Shown here in pieces: positions 53,673-64,000 of a stretch of 64,000 nt of DNA. Within the stretch, counting starts at the first letter, position 1. Each line of letters starts with the position of its first letter. The DNA comes from an uncultured Solirubrobacterales bacterium (GTDB taxonomy: Bacteria > Actinomycetota > Thermoleophilia > Solirubrobacterales > JBBDJG01), in contig CAWAUD010000014.1 in the NCBI GenBank assembly GCA_963785085.1, forward strand, positions 125,464 to 189,463, read 5' to 3'. Under the pieces are notes generated by a model, which did no database searches, was not told the origin of the DNA, and saw nothing but the letters and a program-made list of their open reading frames with translations. A program made the position numbers and the translations under genes.

Positions 53673-54065
53673 CTACTCCGGCCAGAAGTCCTCGTGCAGC
53701 TCGACGTCGTCGCGGACGTTCTCGTGGCGGGTCGAGACGATGATGATCTCCGCGTCGTCGTCGCTGTCGTTCCAGATCGACCGAACCGCGCTGGGCGCGA
53801 GGCGCACGGCGTGCCGCGGGCCCACCTCGATCACCTCATCGCCGATCTTGAACTGCAGGTTTCCGGAGATGACGAAGACGAGCTCTTCCTGGGTCTTGTG
53901 GGAGTGCCCGTAGCTTCCCTTGCCCCCCGTCTGCGGCGGCATCCGGCGGAAGGTCAAAGCGACCTGCTCGGTTTCGAGCGGACCGGTGAAGAAGTGCATC
54001 TCACCGGGGTAGCCGCCGGACGCGTCGGGCACGTCTTCAACGGACAGGATCGTGTACTCGGCCAA
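53673..54065 (-). CDS. Cupin domain protein
   Basis: GHSHKTQEELVFVISG; RBS aaggagg before TTG. Confidence 0.85.
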   Translation of the reverse strand: MAEYTILSVEDVPDASGGYPGEMHFFTGPLETEQVALTFRRMPPQTGGKGSYGHSHKTQEELVFVISGNLQFKIGDEVIEVGPRHAVRLAPSAVRSIWNDSDDDAEIIIVSTRHENVRDDVELHEDFWPE

Positions 54066-54125
54066 GGCTCCTCCTTCGTGGGTCGCGGATAGCCGCAACG
54101 GTAACCGGAGCCACTGCCGAGAGGC

Positions 54126-54503
54126 TCAGCCGTCCTGGATCACCGAGAGCACGTTGCCGGCCGGGTCCTTGAACCACGCGATCAGCGGTCCGCCACCGCG
54201 GAAGATCCCCTTCTCGTCGGTCTCGACCTCGGTGCCTCTGTAGTGCTCGAACTGCACGCCGCGGTCGAAGAGATCGTCCACGGTGGCTTCGATGTCGTCC
54301 ACGGGAAAGTTGAGGATCGTGAACGAAGCCGGCGAGTGGTCCTCCTTGGGATAGACCAGCACCGGACGGTCGCCGGCGATGTGGAGGGTCAGCATGCCGT
54401 TCTCCTCCGACACCTCCAGGCCGAGCGTCTCGCCGTAGAACTCCTTCGCGCGCGGGATGTCGTTCACCGAGAAGCCGCTGAACGCCTTCGTGTTCTCGAA
54501 CAT
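54126..54503 (-). CDS. VOC/glyoxalase family protein
   Basis: [40 protein letters not shown]. Confidence 0.92.
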   Translation of the reverse strand: MFENTKAFSGFSVNDIPRAKEFYGETLGLEVSEENGMLTLHIAGDRPVLVYPKEDHSPASFTILNFPVDDIEATVDDLFDRGVQFEHYRGTEVETDEKGIFRGGGPLIAWFKDPAGNVLSVIQDG

Positions 54504-54533
54504 CGGAATCTCTCCTCGTCAGGCATTTGGAGC

Positions 54534-54563
54534 TAAGACCGGCGGTCGAGGCGAAACTAATCG
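54534..54563 (-). promoter_or_regulatory. Candidate SigG-type ECF promoter of the VOC gene
   Basis: CGATTA-N18-GTCTTA, resembling the M. tuberculosis SigG consensus CGATGA-N18-GTC as I recall it. Confidence 0.55.
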
Positions 54564-54595
54564 ATCCGGCGCCGGCAATCGGCCGGCGCCGGATC
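54563..54595 (-). terminator. GC-rich hairpin downstream of the stand-alone FVP-domain gene
   Basis: gatccggcgccggc-aatcg-gccggcgccggatc, perfect 14-bp stem. Confidence 0.6.
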
Positions 54596-54608
54596 TCCCA
54601 GTTTGGAG

Positions 54609-55400
54609 CTACGGAACGAAGACCCCCTCTTCCAGGAAGCGGTCGTCGTTGTCGGAGCCCTGGCCGGGATCGCCATCTGGGCCGCCGTCATTCACATGGG
54701 GGTCCAGTGTCGCGATGTTCATCCGCGTCAGCGCGTTGATGCCGAACGGCGGTCCGCCGGTAACGGCGTTGAACGACGTCATCAGGTTGCAGTCGGATCC
54801 GACTCCCGGGGCCGGCGGCACGCACGGCACGACGATCTTGAACGGGAAGTCGAGCACCGTCGCCGAGATTGCGTTGCCACCGCCAGGCCCGGAGGGCACC
54901 GGGCAGCTCGGCGGCACGGCGATGTTCGGCAGGTTGCAGTGATCGGTGATCCGCAGGTCGTAGACGACCGCGACACGGCCGGTGTACTCGTTCAGCGAAC
55001 CCGATGGGCAAAGCGCCGGATTGGCGCCCGCCAGCGCGGCCGTGCAGCGGATGTCGCTCAGCCTGATATCCGCTTTGATGTCGGCCGGCGCCGCCGTGAC
55101 GGTCAGCCTCGACGAGCCGACGAAGTTCGCCGGCTTGCCGTTGCTGTCCGCCGTGCCGACCGTGAGCCATCTCGAGGCGGGGGTCGGCGGAGCGCAGGAG
55201 CCGAACGAGAAAGCCGGCCCATGGTTGGCGTTCGTGGCGGTGCATTGCTTGTACGCGATCACGAACGACGTGTACAGCGGCGTCGCGGCCTTCGGGCGGA
55301 CGTGAGTGCCCGCGGCGGTGCTGCTCAGAACGAGCGAGCCGGCGACCACAGTGACGGCCACCAGCGGGACGCAGAACCGCAGGCGAGAGAAACGGAGCAT
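54609..55400 (-). CDS. Secreted protein consisting only of the unnamed FVP domain
   Basis: Signal peptide MLRFSRLRFCVPLVAVTVVAGSLVLSSTAAG, then HVRPKAATPL...FLEEGVFVP; RBS aaggagg. Confidence 0.85.
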   Translation of the reverse strand: MLRFSRLRFCVPLVAVTVVAGSLVLSSTAAGTHVRPKAATPLYTSFVIAYKQCTATNANHGPAFSFGSCAPPTPASRWLTVGTADSNGKPANFVGSSRLTVTAAPADIKADIRLSDIRCTAALAGANPALCPSGSLNEYTGRVAVVYDLRITDHCNLPNIAVPPSCPVPSGPGGGNAISATVLDFPFKIVVPCVPPAPGVGSDCNLMTSFNAVTGGPPFGINALTRMNIATLDPHVNDGGPDGDPGQGSDNDDRFLEEGVFVP

Positions 55401-55487
55401 GCTCCCCCTCCTTTATCTGGGTTGTTCGCCTCGCCCGTCGCGGAGGGCGGTGAGCGAGGCCCTCAGATGATCCCGCGAAGTGCGGGT

Positions 55488-56616
55488 TCAGTCCAGCAGC
55501 CGGCCGGAAGGCCGAAGCGCTCGAACGCCGCGGCGCTGTCGGGATCGAGCGGCTGCCGGGCCACTTCGCGTAGTACTCGGGGTCGTCGCTGTCGGTGGAC
55601 CGGGTGATGAACGAGGTGACCTCGTCGATCCGGTCGCCGTCGAGGGTCAGGACGTCGAGCGCGAACGGCCGACGTAGGCGCTCTCGTCCGTCGTCCCAGG
55701 CGTAGGAGCCGACCGCCGCCTGGCCGTTGACGCGGGTCGGGAGGTGGCGCCAGCGCCACTCGCCCGACAGCGGGCCGGTCTCGAGGAAGCCCCTGACCCG
55801 ATCGCGGGCCGCCGGAACCAGCTCGCCAGCGGCGGCATCGACCACGCGGCGTCCTCGGCGAGCATCGCGACGACCGCGTGGACGTCGCCGCGGTGCATCG
55901 CGTCCATGTAGTCCTCGACGATCTCGCGCAGCCGCTCGTCGCCGAGCGCGCGCAGCGTCTCCTGCTGGCTCTGCTCGGGAAGCTGCTCGTCGACGGTCTT
56001 GCGCGCACGCTGCAGGGCGCTGTTCACCGACTGCGGTGCGTCGAGTCGAGCGAGTCCGCGACCTCCTGCGCCGAGAACCCGAGCACGTCGCGCAGATCAG
56101 TAGCGCCGCTCGCTGGTTCGGCGAGAGGTGCTGCAGCGCGGCGATGAAGGCGAGCTCGACGCTCTCACGCTGCTCGTAGCGTGGCTTCGGGCGCGGCGAG
56201 TCCGTCCTCGACGCCGAGCACCTCGTCTGGATAGGGCTCGACCCAGACCGACTCGACGAGCGGCTCGCCCGACGCCCTCGTCGCGGGTCGGTCGGCGGCC
56301 CGTGGTCGATCGGGAGCACGCGCTTCGGCCGCCGCGCGATCATGTCGAGCGACGCGTTCGTCGCGATCTTGTAGAGCCAGGAGCGGAGCGAGCTGCGGCC
56401 CTCGAAGCGCGGCAGGCCGCGCCAGGCGCGCAGCAGCGCCTCCTGGAGGGCGTCCTCGGCGTCGTGCACCGAGCCGAGCATCCGGTAGCAGTGCGCGTGC
56501 AGCTCGCCGCGGTGGGCGTCGACCAGCGAATCGAAGGCGCTCTCGTCGCCGTCGCGCGCCCGGACGAGCAGGTCCTGCTCGACGGCGGGAGGTGCGCTGC
56601 GTGCAGTGCCGCTCAC
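55488..56616 (-). CDS. ECF sigma factor with C-terminal SnoaL domain, SigG-like (multiple frameshifts)
   Basis: HCYRMLGSVHDAEDALQE, WLYKIATN, ESVELAFIAALQHL, NSALQRAR, AAWSMPP, TRVNGQAA, FGLP. Confidence 0.88.
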
Positions 56617-56708
56617 CCCTGCATGTTTGCAAGCCCGCGCAGCCGGCTAGCGTCCCGGTGACGAATCTCACGCTTCGCAACGGGAGTTCGTGCTGATAAT
56701 TACGGCCG

Positions 56709-58273
<1,565 letters not shown>

Positions 58274-58456
58274 GCACCACCGGCCGACGCTTTTCTTCTT
58301 TCTCTTCCTCGCGACAAGCGCTTCCCCATCTGTCGATTCGTAACGACAAGTACGAATACTCCCGCTGTTTGCGGGTACGCAAACAAGTACCCAAGGCAGG
58401 GAAGAGAAGTGAAGCGCGGGAGCTTTTGAGGTTTTTTGGAGAGGCAAGGTAATCGC

Positions 58457-59138
58457 ATGGCACAGACCAAGACACCGCGGGCGAAAGCGTCGTCCGCACG
58501 TAGTCGCAAGACCACGAGCTCGAGCAGTCGCAAGACCACGAGCTCGAGCAGTCAGAGCACGAACGGGAGTCGGCCGAGCTCAACATCGGCACGTTCCAAC
58601 GGCGGCGCCCCCAAGTCGGCGCGCAACGGAAGGGCGCGGTCGACCTCCAGTGCAAGCCGCGCCGCCAGCGGCCGCCGCAGTAGCAGCAGCAAGAGCCGCA
58701 AGAGCCGCTCCGGTGGAGTCGTGGACACGGTCGGCAACTCCGTCGAATCGATGGGCAAGTCGGTCGAGTCGGGCGTCAGTTCCGTAGGCTCCGCGGTCGA
58801 GTCGGGCGCCAGCTCCGTAGGTTCGGCGGTCGGGAAGGCGAAGGGCCCCGCACTAGTCGGGACCGCGGCCGCGGCGGGCCTTGCCGGCGGCGTCGCGCTG
58901 GGGTCACGGCTTCTCTCGGGCCGCCGCTGCGCCCACGAGCCGGTTCGCTCGTAGTGGCGTCATGAAGGCGCTCGCGCAGGAGGCAGGCAACGTCGGGCGC
59001 GAAGTAAGGCGCCATGGAGTCCACCTCGGTGTCGGAGACGTCGTCATGGACGTCCACAAGAGGAACGGCGACCAGCGGCAGCGCCGCTCGCCCATCGAGG
59101 TCGTGCTGCAGGGTCTCACCAACCGCCGGTCCAAGTAG
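58457..59138 (+). CDS. Ser/Arg/Lys-rich low-complexity hypothetical protein with a hydrophobic segment (frameshift near 58930)
   Basis: MAQTKTPRAK..SRKTTSSS x2 (24-bp repeat 58502-58549); PALVGTAAAAGLAGGVALG; C-terminal RRSPIEVVLQGLTNRR. Confidence 0.65.
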
Positions 59139-59203
59139 CCGCGCGGTCCCCCGCGTCGCGCGGTCAGGCTGCCGAAACGCAGTCGGCCGCGCGGCGCATC
59201 TCC

Positions 59204-60832
59204 TCAGTCTGGCTGCAGCTCGCCGCTCAGGAAGCGGTCGCGCAGCACGAACTTCTGCACCTTGCCCGAGGGCGTCATCGGGAAGTCCTCGACGAAGCAC
59301 CCAGATGCGTGGCGCCTTGTATGCCGCCAGCTCCTCGCGGACGTGGGCGTCGAGGTCCTTCTGCGCCGGCGGTCGCCCGGGCGCGCAGCGAACGAACGCG
59401 CACACCTGCTCGCCCCATTTCTCGTCGGGAATGCCGACGACCGCGACATCGCCGACCGCCGGGTGGGTGAACAGCCGCTGCTCGATCTCGCGCGGGAAGA
59501 TGTTCTCGCCGCCGCGGATGATCATGTCCTTCAGACGGCCCTCGATCCGGCAGTGGCCGCGGTCGTCCATCGAGGCAAGGTCGCCGGTGTGGAGCCAGCC
59601 GTCGGCGTCGATCGCGCGCGGCCGTCGCGTCGGGCATCTCGTAGTAGCCGTGCATCACGAGGTAGCCGCGGGTGCACAGCTCGCCCACCATCCCGCAGGG
59701 AGCGTCTCGCCGCTCGCGGGATCGACGATCCGGACCTCGGTTTGCGGCAGCGGGCCGGCCGACCGTGGTCGCACGGTCGCTCGAAGCTGTCGTCGAGACG
59801 GCCCTGGGTGATCACCGGCGAGCTCTCGGTCTGCCCGTAGATGATCGAGAAGCGCACGCCGAGCCGGTCCTCGATCCGCTTGACCAGGTCCGGCGCGACC
59901 AGCGCGCCACCGGAGAGCGCCGCGCGGACCGACGACAGGTCGCGCGTTGCGAAGCTCGGGCTCCTCCGTCAGCGCGATCAGCACCGTCGGCACGCCGGCG
60001 AGCGCCGCCGCCCGCTCGGACTCGATCAGGTCGAGCATCAGGCCCGGCTCGAACGCCAGGACCGGGACACGTGCGTAGCCGGTGGGACACGCAGCCCAGC
60101 GCGCCGAGGCCGCACCCGCCGTGTGGAACAGCGGGAACGGGTTGACGTACGCCTCGTCCGGGCGCGAGGCCGCAATTGCCGAGCGTCAGCCGCGCGTTGT
60201 TCGTGAGCCCGCGGTGGTGCAGCAGCGCGCCCTTCGGGAATCCGGTGGTTCCCGACGTGTACTGGATCTGGACCGGGTCGTCGGGGTCGACGTCGGGAAG
60301 CGGCCTCGGTGGGCGCGCCGGACGCGAGGAACGCGTCGAAGTCCGGTGAAGGCGATCGCCTCGCGCAGGCCGGCGAGCTCGCCGCGCACGCGACGTCGAG
60401 CGACTCGGCCATCGGATTGCCGCGGAACTCCGGCACCAGGAAGATCCCGGCCGAGCCGGACTGCTCCAGCACGTACTTCAGCTCGCCGGGCTTGTAGGCC
60501 GGGTTGACGGTGACCAGTGTCAGGCCGGCAAGCGCCGCGCCGAATTCGACGACCTCCCACTCCGGCATGTTCGGTGCCCACACCGCGACTCGCTCGCCGG
60601 GCTCGAAGCGTCCGAGGAGCGCGCGGGCACACCGCTCCGCGTCTTCGAGCAGCTCGCCGTAGGTCCAGCGCCGGCGCTGTGCCGGGTCGGGGTGACCGCC
60701 GATCAGCGCGGGCTCGTCGGGGACCGCCTGCGCAGCTTCACGCAGGATGCCGCCGACGGTGGTGTCGAGGACCGGCTCGCTTTGGTCCGCCGGGTAATAC
60801 GACTCGCTGAGCCCGGTCGTCGTGACTGCCAT
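59204..60832 (-). CDS. AMP-binding acyl-CoA synthetase (many frameshifts)
   Basis: [50 protein letters not shown]. Confidence 0.9.
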
Positions 60833-60906
60833 TCCGATCCTCCCCTGGTTTGACCCGAGAGTATCTCCGCAGCGGCGCGCGGCCGCAAATGGTAAGAGCC
60901 CCCGCA

Positions 60907-61515
60907 ATGGACGAAGAGCTCATCAGCCGCACGATCGTGCTGCCGAACGGCGACCTCCGGCTGCTGCAGCCGGAGGAGGCGTCGACGCTCCCGGATGCCG
61001 GCGCGATCGAGTGGGCGCCCATCACGCCGTACTGGTCCGTGCTGTGGCGCAGCGGCGCGGCGCTGGCACGCGAGGTCGACGTGGCCGACGTGAGCGGCCG
61101 GCGCGTGCTCGAGCTGGGCTGCGGGCTCGCCCTCCCCAGCATCGCCGCCGCACGTGCGGGCGCGGTCGTGCTGGCCACGGACGGCTCGCCCGACGCCCTG
61201 CCGCTCGTCGCGCGCAACGCGGAGGCGAACGGAGTCCACGTCGAGACGGCAACGGTCGACTGGACGGAGCCGGCCGCGCTTCTCAAGCGAGCGCCGTTCG
61301 ACCTCGTGCTCGGAGCCGACGTCCTATACGAGCGAAACAGCATCGGCGTGCTGCTCTCCCTTCTGCCTCGCCTCGCGCCGGAGGCCTGGATCGCCGACCC
61401 CGGCCGTGCCGCAGCCGACGCGTTCATCGACCGGGCGCGCCGCGACTGGGCGGTCGAGGAGCAGGTCCGGGGTGTCGTGCGGATCCACCGGATGAAGCTC
61501 GTCAGCCTGGCTTGA
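60907..61515 (+). CDS. Class I SAM-dependent methyltransferase (lysine-methyltransferase-like)
   Basis: PYWSVLW, VLELGCGL, ADVLYE, ADPGR. Confidence 0.85.
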   Translation: MDEELISRTIVLPNGDLRLLQPEEASTLPDAGAIEWAPITPYWSVLWRSGAALAREVDVADVSGRRVLELGCGLALPSIAAARAGAVVLATDGSPDALPLVARNAEANGVHVETATVDWTEPAALLKRAPFDLVLGADVLYERNSIGVLLSLLPRLAPEAWIADPGRAAADAFIDRARRDWAVEEQVRGVVRIHRMKLVSLA

Positions 61516-61888
61516 CCGCTCGCAGGGCTTCCTCCCGGTCCAGGTAACCCGTCATCTCGGCGATCTTCTCGTCGCGGACCTTGATGATCATCGCCGTCTC
61601 GTTGTGCACCTCGGGACCGCCGCCACGAGCCTGCGCCCTCTCGTGCAGGAAGACCATCACCGCGTCACCCGTGTCGATGAGCCGCTCGACCTCCGCGTCG
61701 AAGTGCTCCCACGGCTCGCGGATCTCGTGCATGTACCGGATGACGGCGTCGGGCCCGCGCAGGACCTGATCCTGATCAAGGCCACCGCGGGTGCCGAACC
61801 AGACCACGTCCGGGTCGAGCAGGTCCGCGATGTCCCCGACATCACGATCCAGGAAGGTGCGAACAACGGCCAGCGCCTCAGACGTCAC
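61502..61888 (-). CDS. SnoaL/NTF2-like protein
   Basis: LLDPDVVW..GPDAV..VRDEKIAEM..DREEALRAV. Confidence 0.8.
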   Translation of the reverse strand: MTSEALAVVRTFLDRDVGDIADLLDPDVVWFGTRGGLDQDQVLRGPDAVIRYMHEIREPWEHFDAEVERLIDTGDAVMVFLHERAQARGGGPEVHNETAMIIKVRDEKIAEMTGYLDREEALRAVKPG

Positions 61889-62304
61889 GAGGCGTGCCCA
61901 CCTCGCTGGTTTTCGCCGCGGCTTCGAGCGCCTGCTCGCGGGTGAAGAACATCTCCATACGCGCCAGCTTCCCGTCACGACCGACGTGGACGTAGAAGAC
62001 CTGGAAGTCCATCTCGATTCCGCTCTCACGACCGCGCCCCCGGTGGCGAGTCACGCTGACCGCGACCTCGTCGGCGACGTCGATGATCTCGAGCAGATCG
62101 AGCTGGAAGTCCTCCCACTGCGAGGGCCAGTCCGCCCATGCCTGAGCGACCGCGGCGCGGCCCTCGTAGCTCTTGGCGTCGGGGACCTCGGGTGGCTGAA
62201 CGATCACGACGTCAGGCGTCGTGTGTTCTTCGATCGTGTCGAGATCTCCCTGCGCCGAGCGCATCGAACCCGCCGCGCACCAGCTCCACCCACTCCTCGG
62301 ACAT
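61878..62304 (-). CDS. SnoaL/NTF2-like protein (frameshift near 62255)
   Basis: MSEEWVELVR...PDV..YEGR..GRGRESGIE..DGKLARM..REQALEAA. Confidence 0.8.
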
Positions 62305-62374
62305 CGCCTGCGGAGTATGCCCGACGCTCCCAGAGCAAGCAGAGGCGCCGGACTCGTTCGGTGATACTGCGGCC

Positions 62375-62926
62375 ATCGAGGTCGTGCGAACAGCGATCGG
62401 GCCGGACGCGCGCCTGCCGACGCGGCGGACGCTCGAGGAGCGGTTCATGGTGCGGTGGCCGGGCGCCTGGCGGGGGCTCGCACGGTTGGTCTCGATTCTC
62501 CCTCCGAAATCCCGCATCCGCCGCAACCTGCTGGTGCGCAACGCCGTGTCGGGATGGGGTGCCTGGGTGAGGGGCGACCTGGACCTTTGCCTCGTGCGCT
62601 TCGCACCGGACTATCACTACGACCCTCCAAGCGAGTGGCTCATTCCGGGAATGCCGACCACCTACACGGGGCACGCCGGAATGCGTCAATGGGCGGACGA
62701 CCTGCACGAGGCCTGGGAATTCGTCGACCACACTCCCCTCGAGGTCGCGGACGCCGGTAACGCCGCGGCGTTCCTCTGCAGAATCCGCCTGCGTGGTCGC
62801 ACGAGTGGCATCGAGCTCGAGTCCCGGCTCGGTCAGGTCTTTTGGACCGAGCGTGGGTTGATCGTGCGGGAGACCGACTATGGCTCCTGGGAGGAGGCGC
62901 TGCGCGTCGTCGGCGCGCCCCTATGA
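62375..62926 (+). CDS. SnoaL/NTF2-like protein with N-terminal extension (start uncertain)
   Basis: AWVRGDLD..YTGHAGM..GRTSGIE..GLIVRE..WEEALRVVG. Confidence 0.75.
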   Translation: MEVVRTAIGPDARLPTRRTLEERFMVRWPGAWRGLARLVSILPPKSRIRRNLLVRNAVSGWGAWVRGDLDLCLVRFAPDYHYDPPSEWLIPGMPTTYTGHAGMRQWADDLHEAWEFVDHTPLEVADAGNAAAFLCRIRLRGRTSGIELESRLGQVFWTERGLIVRETDYGSWEEALRVVGAPL

Positions 62927-62953
62927 ATGTGCCCGCGCCGAGCATAGGATGCG

Positions 62954-63388
62954 GTGGACCCGATGCCTGACGCACCCAAGCCGATCACCGGTCGCTGCCT
63001 CTGCGGCGCCGTCACCTACAGCGCCGACGCCGAGCCGTTGATCCAGGCCGCCTGCCACTGCACGGACTGCCAGCGTCAGACGGGCAACCCGTTCTCGGTG
63101 ATCGTCGCCGTCCCTCGTGACGCGTTGACCGTGGAGGGAAGCACTCTCGCCTCGTACGTGACGATCGGCGAGGACCACGGAGGCGAGACGGAGCGGAACT
63201 TCTGCTCCGCATGCGGCGTCTCCGATCTTCAGCTTCGCGGCGGTCGTGCCTGAGATGGTCTTCATCAAGGCGGGGTCGCTGGACGATGCATCCTGGCTCG
63301 AGCCGTCGGTCGAGGCCTGGACGAGCTCTGCGCAGCCCTGGTCACCGCGCTTCGAGGGCGCGGCGCAGCTCGAACGCGGGCCGGGTAG
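62954..63388 (+). CDS. GFA (glutathione-dependent formaldehyde-activating) family protein (frameshift near 63220)
   Basis: GRCLCGAV, CHCTDCQR, FCSACG, KAGSLDD. Confidence 0.88.
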
Positions 63389-63403
63389 CCCCGCCTAAGC
63401 CGC

Positions 63404-64000
63404 CTACGCCAGCGCGAAGGTGGCCGGGTCCGGCCCGATCCGCTCGTCGCGGTCGAGCCCCTCGATCATCTCCATCTCCTCGTCGGAGAGCTCGAAGTCG
63501 AACACGTCGAAGTTCTCGCGCGATCCGCTCCGGCGTGACGGACTTCGGGATCACGATGTTGCCGAGCTGCAGGTGCCAGCGGAGGATCACCTGCGCCGGG
63601 CGTCTTGCCGTGGCGCTCGGCGATGCTCGACGATCGTCTCGTCGCCGAGCACGCGCGCCCTGCGCCGAGCGGGCTCCAGGCCTCGGTCGCGATGCCGTGG
63701 TCGCTCGTGCCAGGCGCGCAGCTCGCGCTGCTGGAGGTACGGGATGCAGCTCGACCTGGTTGACGGCGGGCGTCGTCTCGGTCTCGGCATCGAGCCGCTC
63801 GAGGTGCTCGATCCGGAAGTTGGAGACGCCGATCGTCCGGGCGCGCCCCTCCTCGCTGGAACTCGCTCGAACGCCCGCCAGGTGTCGACGTAGCGGTCGT
63901 GCGCCGGCACCGGCCAGTGGATCAGGTAGAGGTCGACGTAGTCCATGCCGAGCCGGTCGAGGCTCTTCGCGAAGGCCTCCAGCGCCGAGTCGAAGCCGTG
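63404..64000 (-). CDS. Aldo/keto reductase (5' part outside window; frameshifts)
   Basis: [30 protein letters not shown]. Confidence 0.9.

Noticed and set aside
54688-56616. 642-aa sigma factor running into the FVP-domain gene
   Set aside because: Frameshift read-through in the wrong frame; the FVP gene has its own RBS and signal peptide.

Overview
High-GC actinobacterial DNA; gene content and order suggest Thermoleophilia/Solirubrobacterales (inference). Bases 1-24.4 kb hold a conserved housekeeping block on the minus strand: tig-clpP-clpX ... valS-folC-ndk-maf-mreBCD-mrdA-rodA-rne/rng-rplU-rpmA-obgE-proB-proA. Small insertions interrupt it, including a secreted-protein gene bracketed by a 12-bp duplication of the clpX 3' end. 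Bases 24.4-64 kb are accessory and catabolic. They encode a four-gene soluble di-iron monooxygenase operon with a divergent TetR, two P450s, a sulfatase, a haloalkane dehalogenase, an EthA-like flavin monooxygenase, WS/DGAT, two ECF sigma systems with recognisable promoters, and several SnoaL-like genes. Many essential genes carry single-base frameshifts, most likely long-read assembly errors. The most notable signals are: (i) an unnamed ~200-aa Cys-containing domain ending in FLxxGxFVP, found both as a stand-alone secreted protein and as the C-terminal tail of a large secreted hydrolase; (ii) the divergent di-iron monooxygenase; (iii) an orphan AbiEi/DUF559 gene bracketed by two 47-bp REP-like palindromes; (iv) the clpX-end duplication; (v) intergenic heptamer arrays, two of which flank maf in inverted orientation. 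I saw no rRNA, tRNA, CRISPR array, transposase or integrase.
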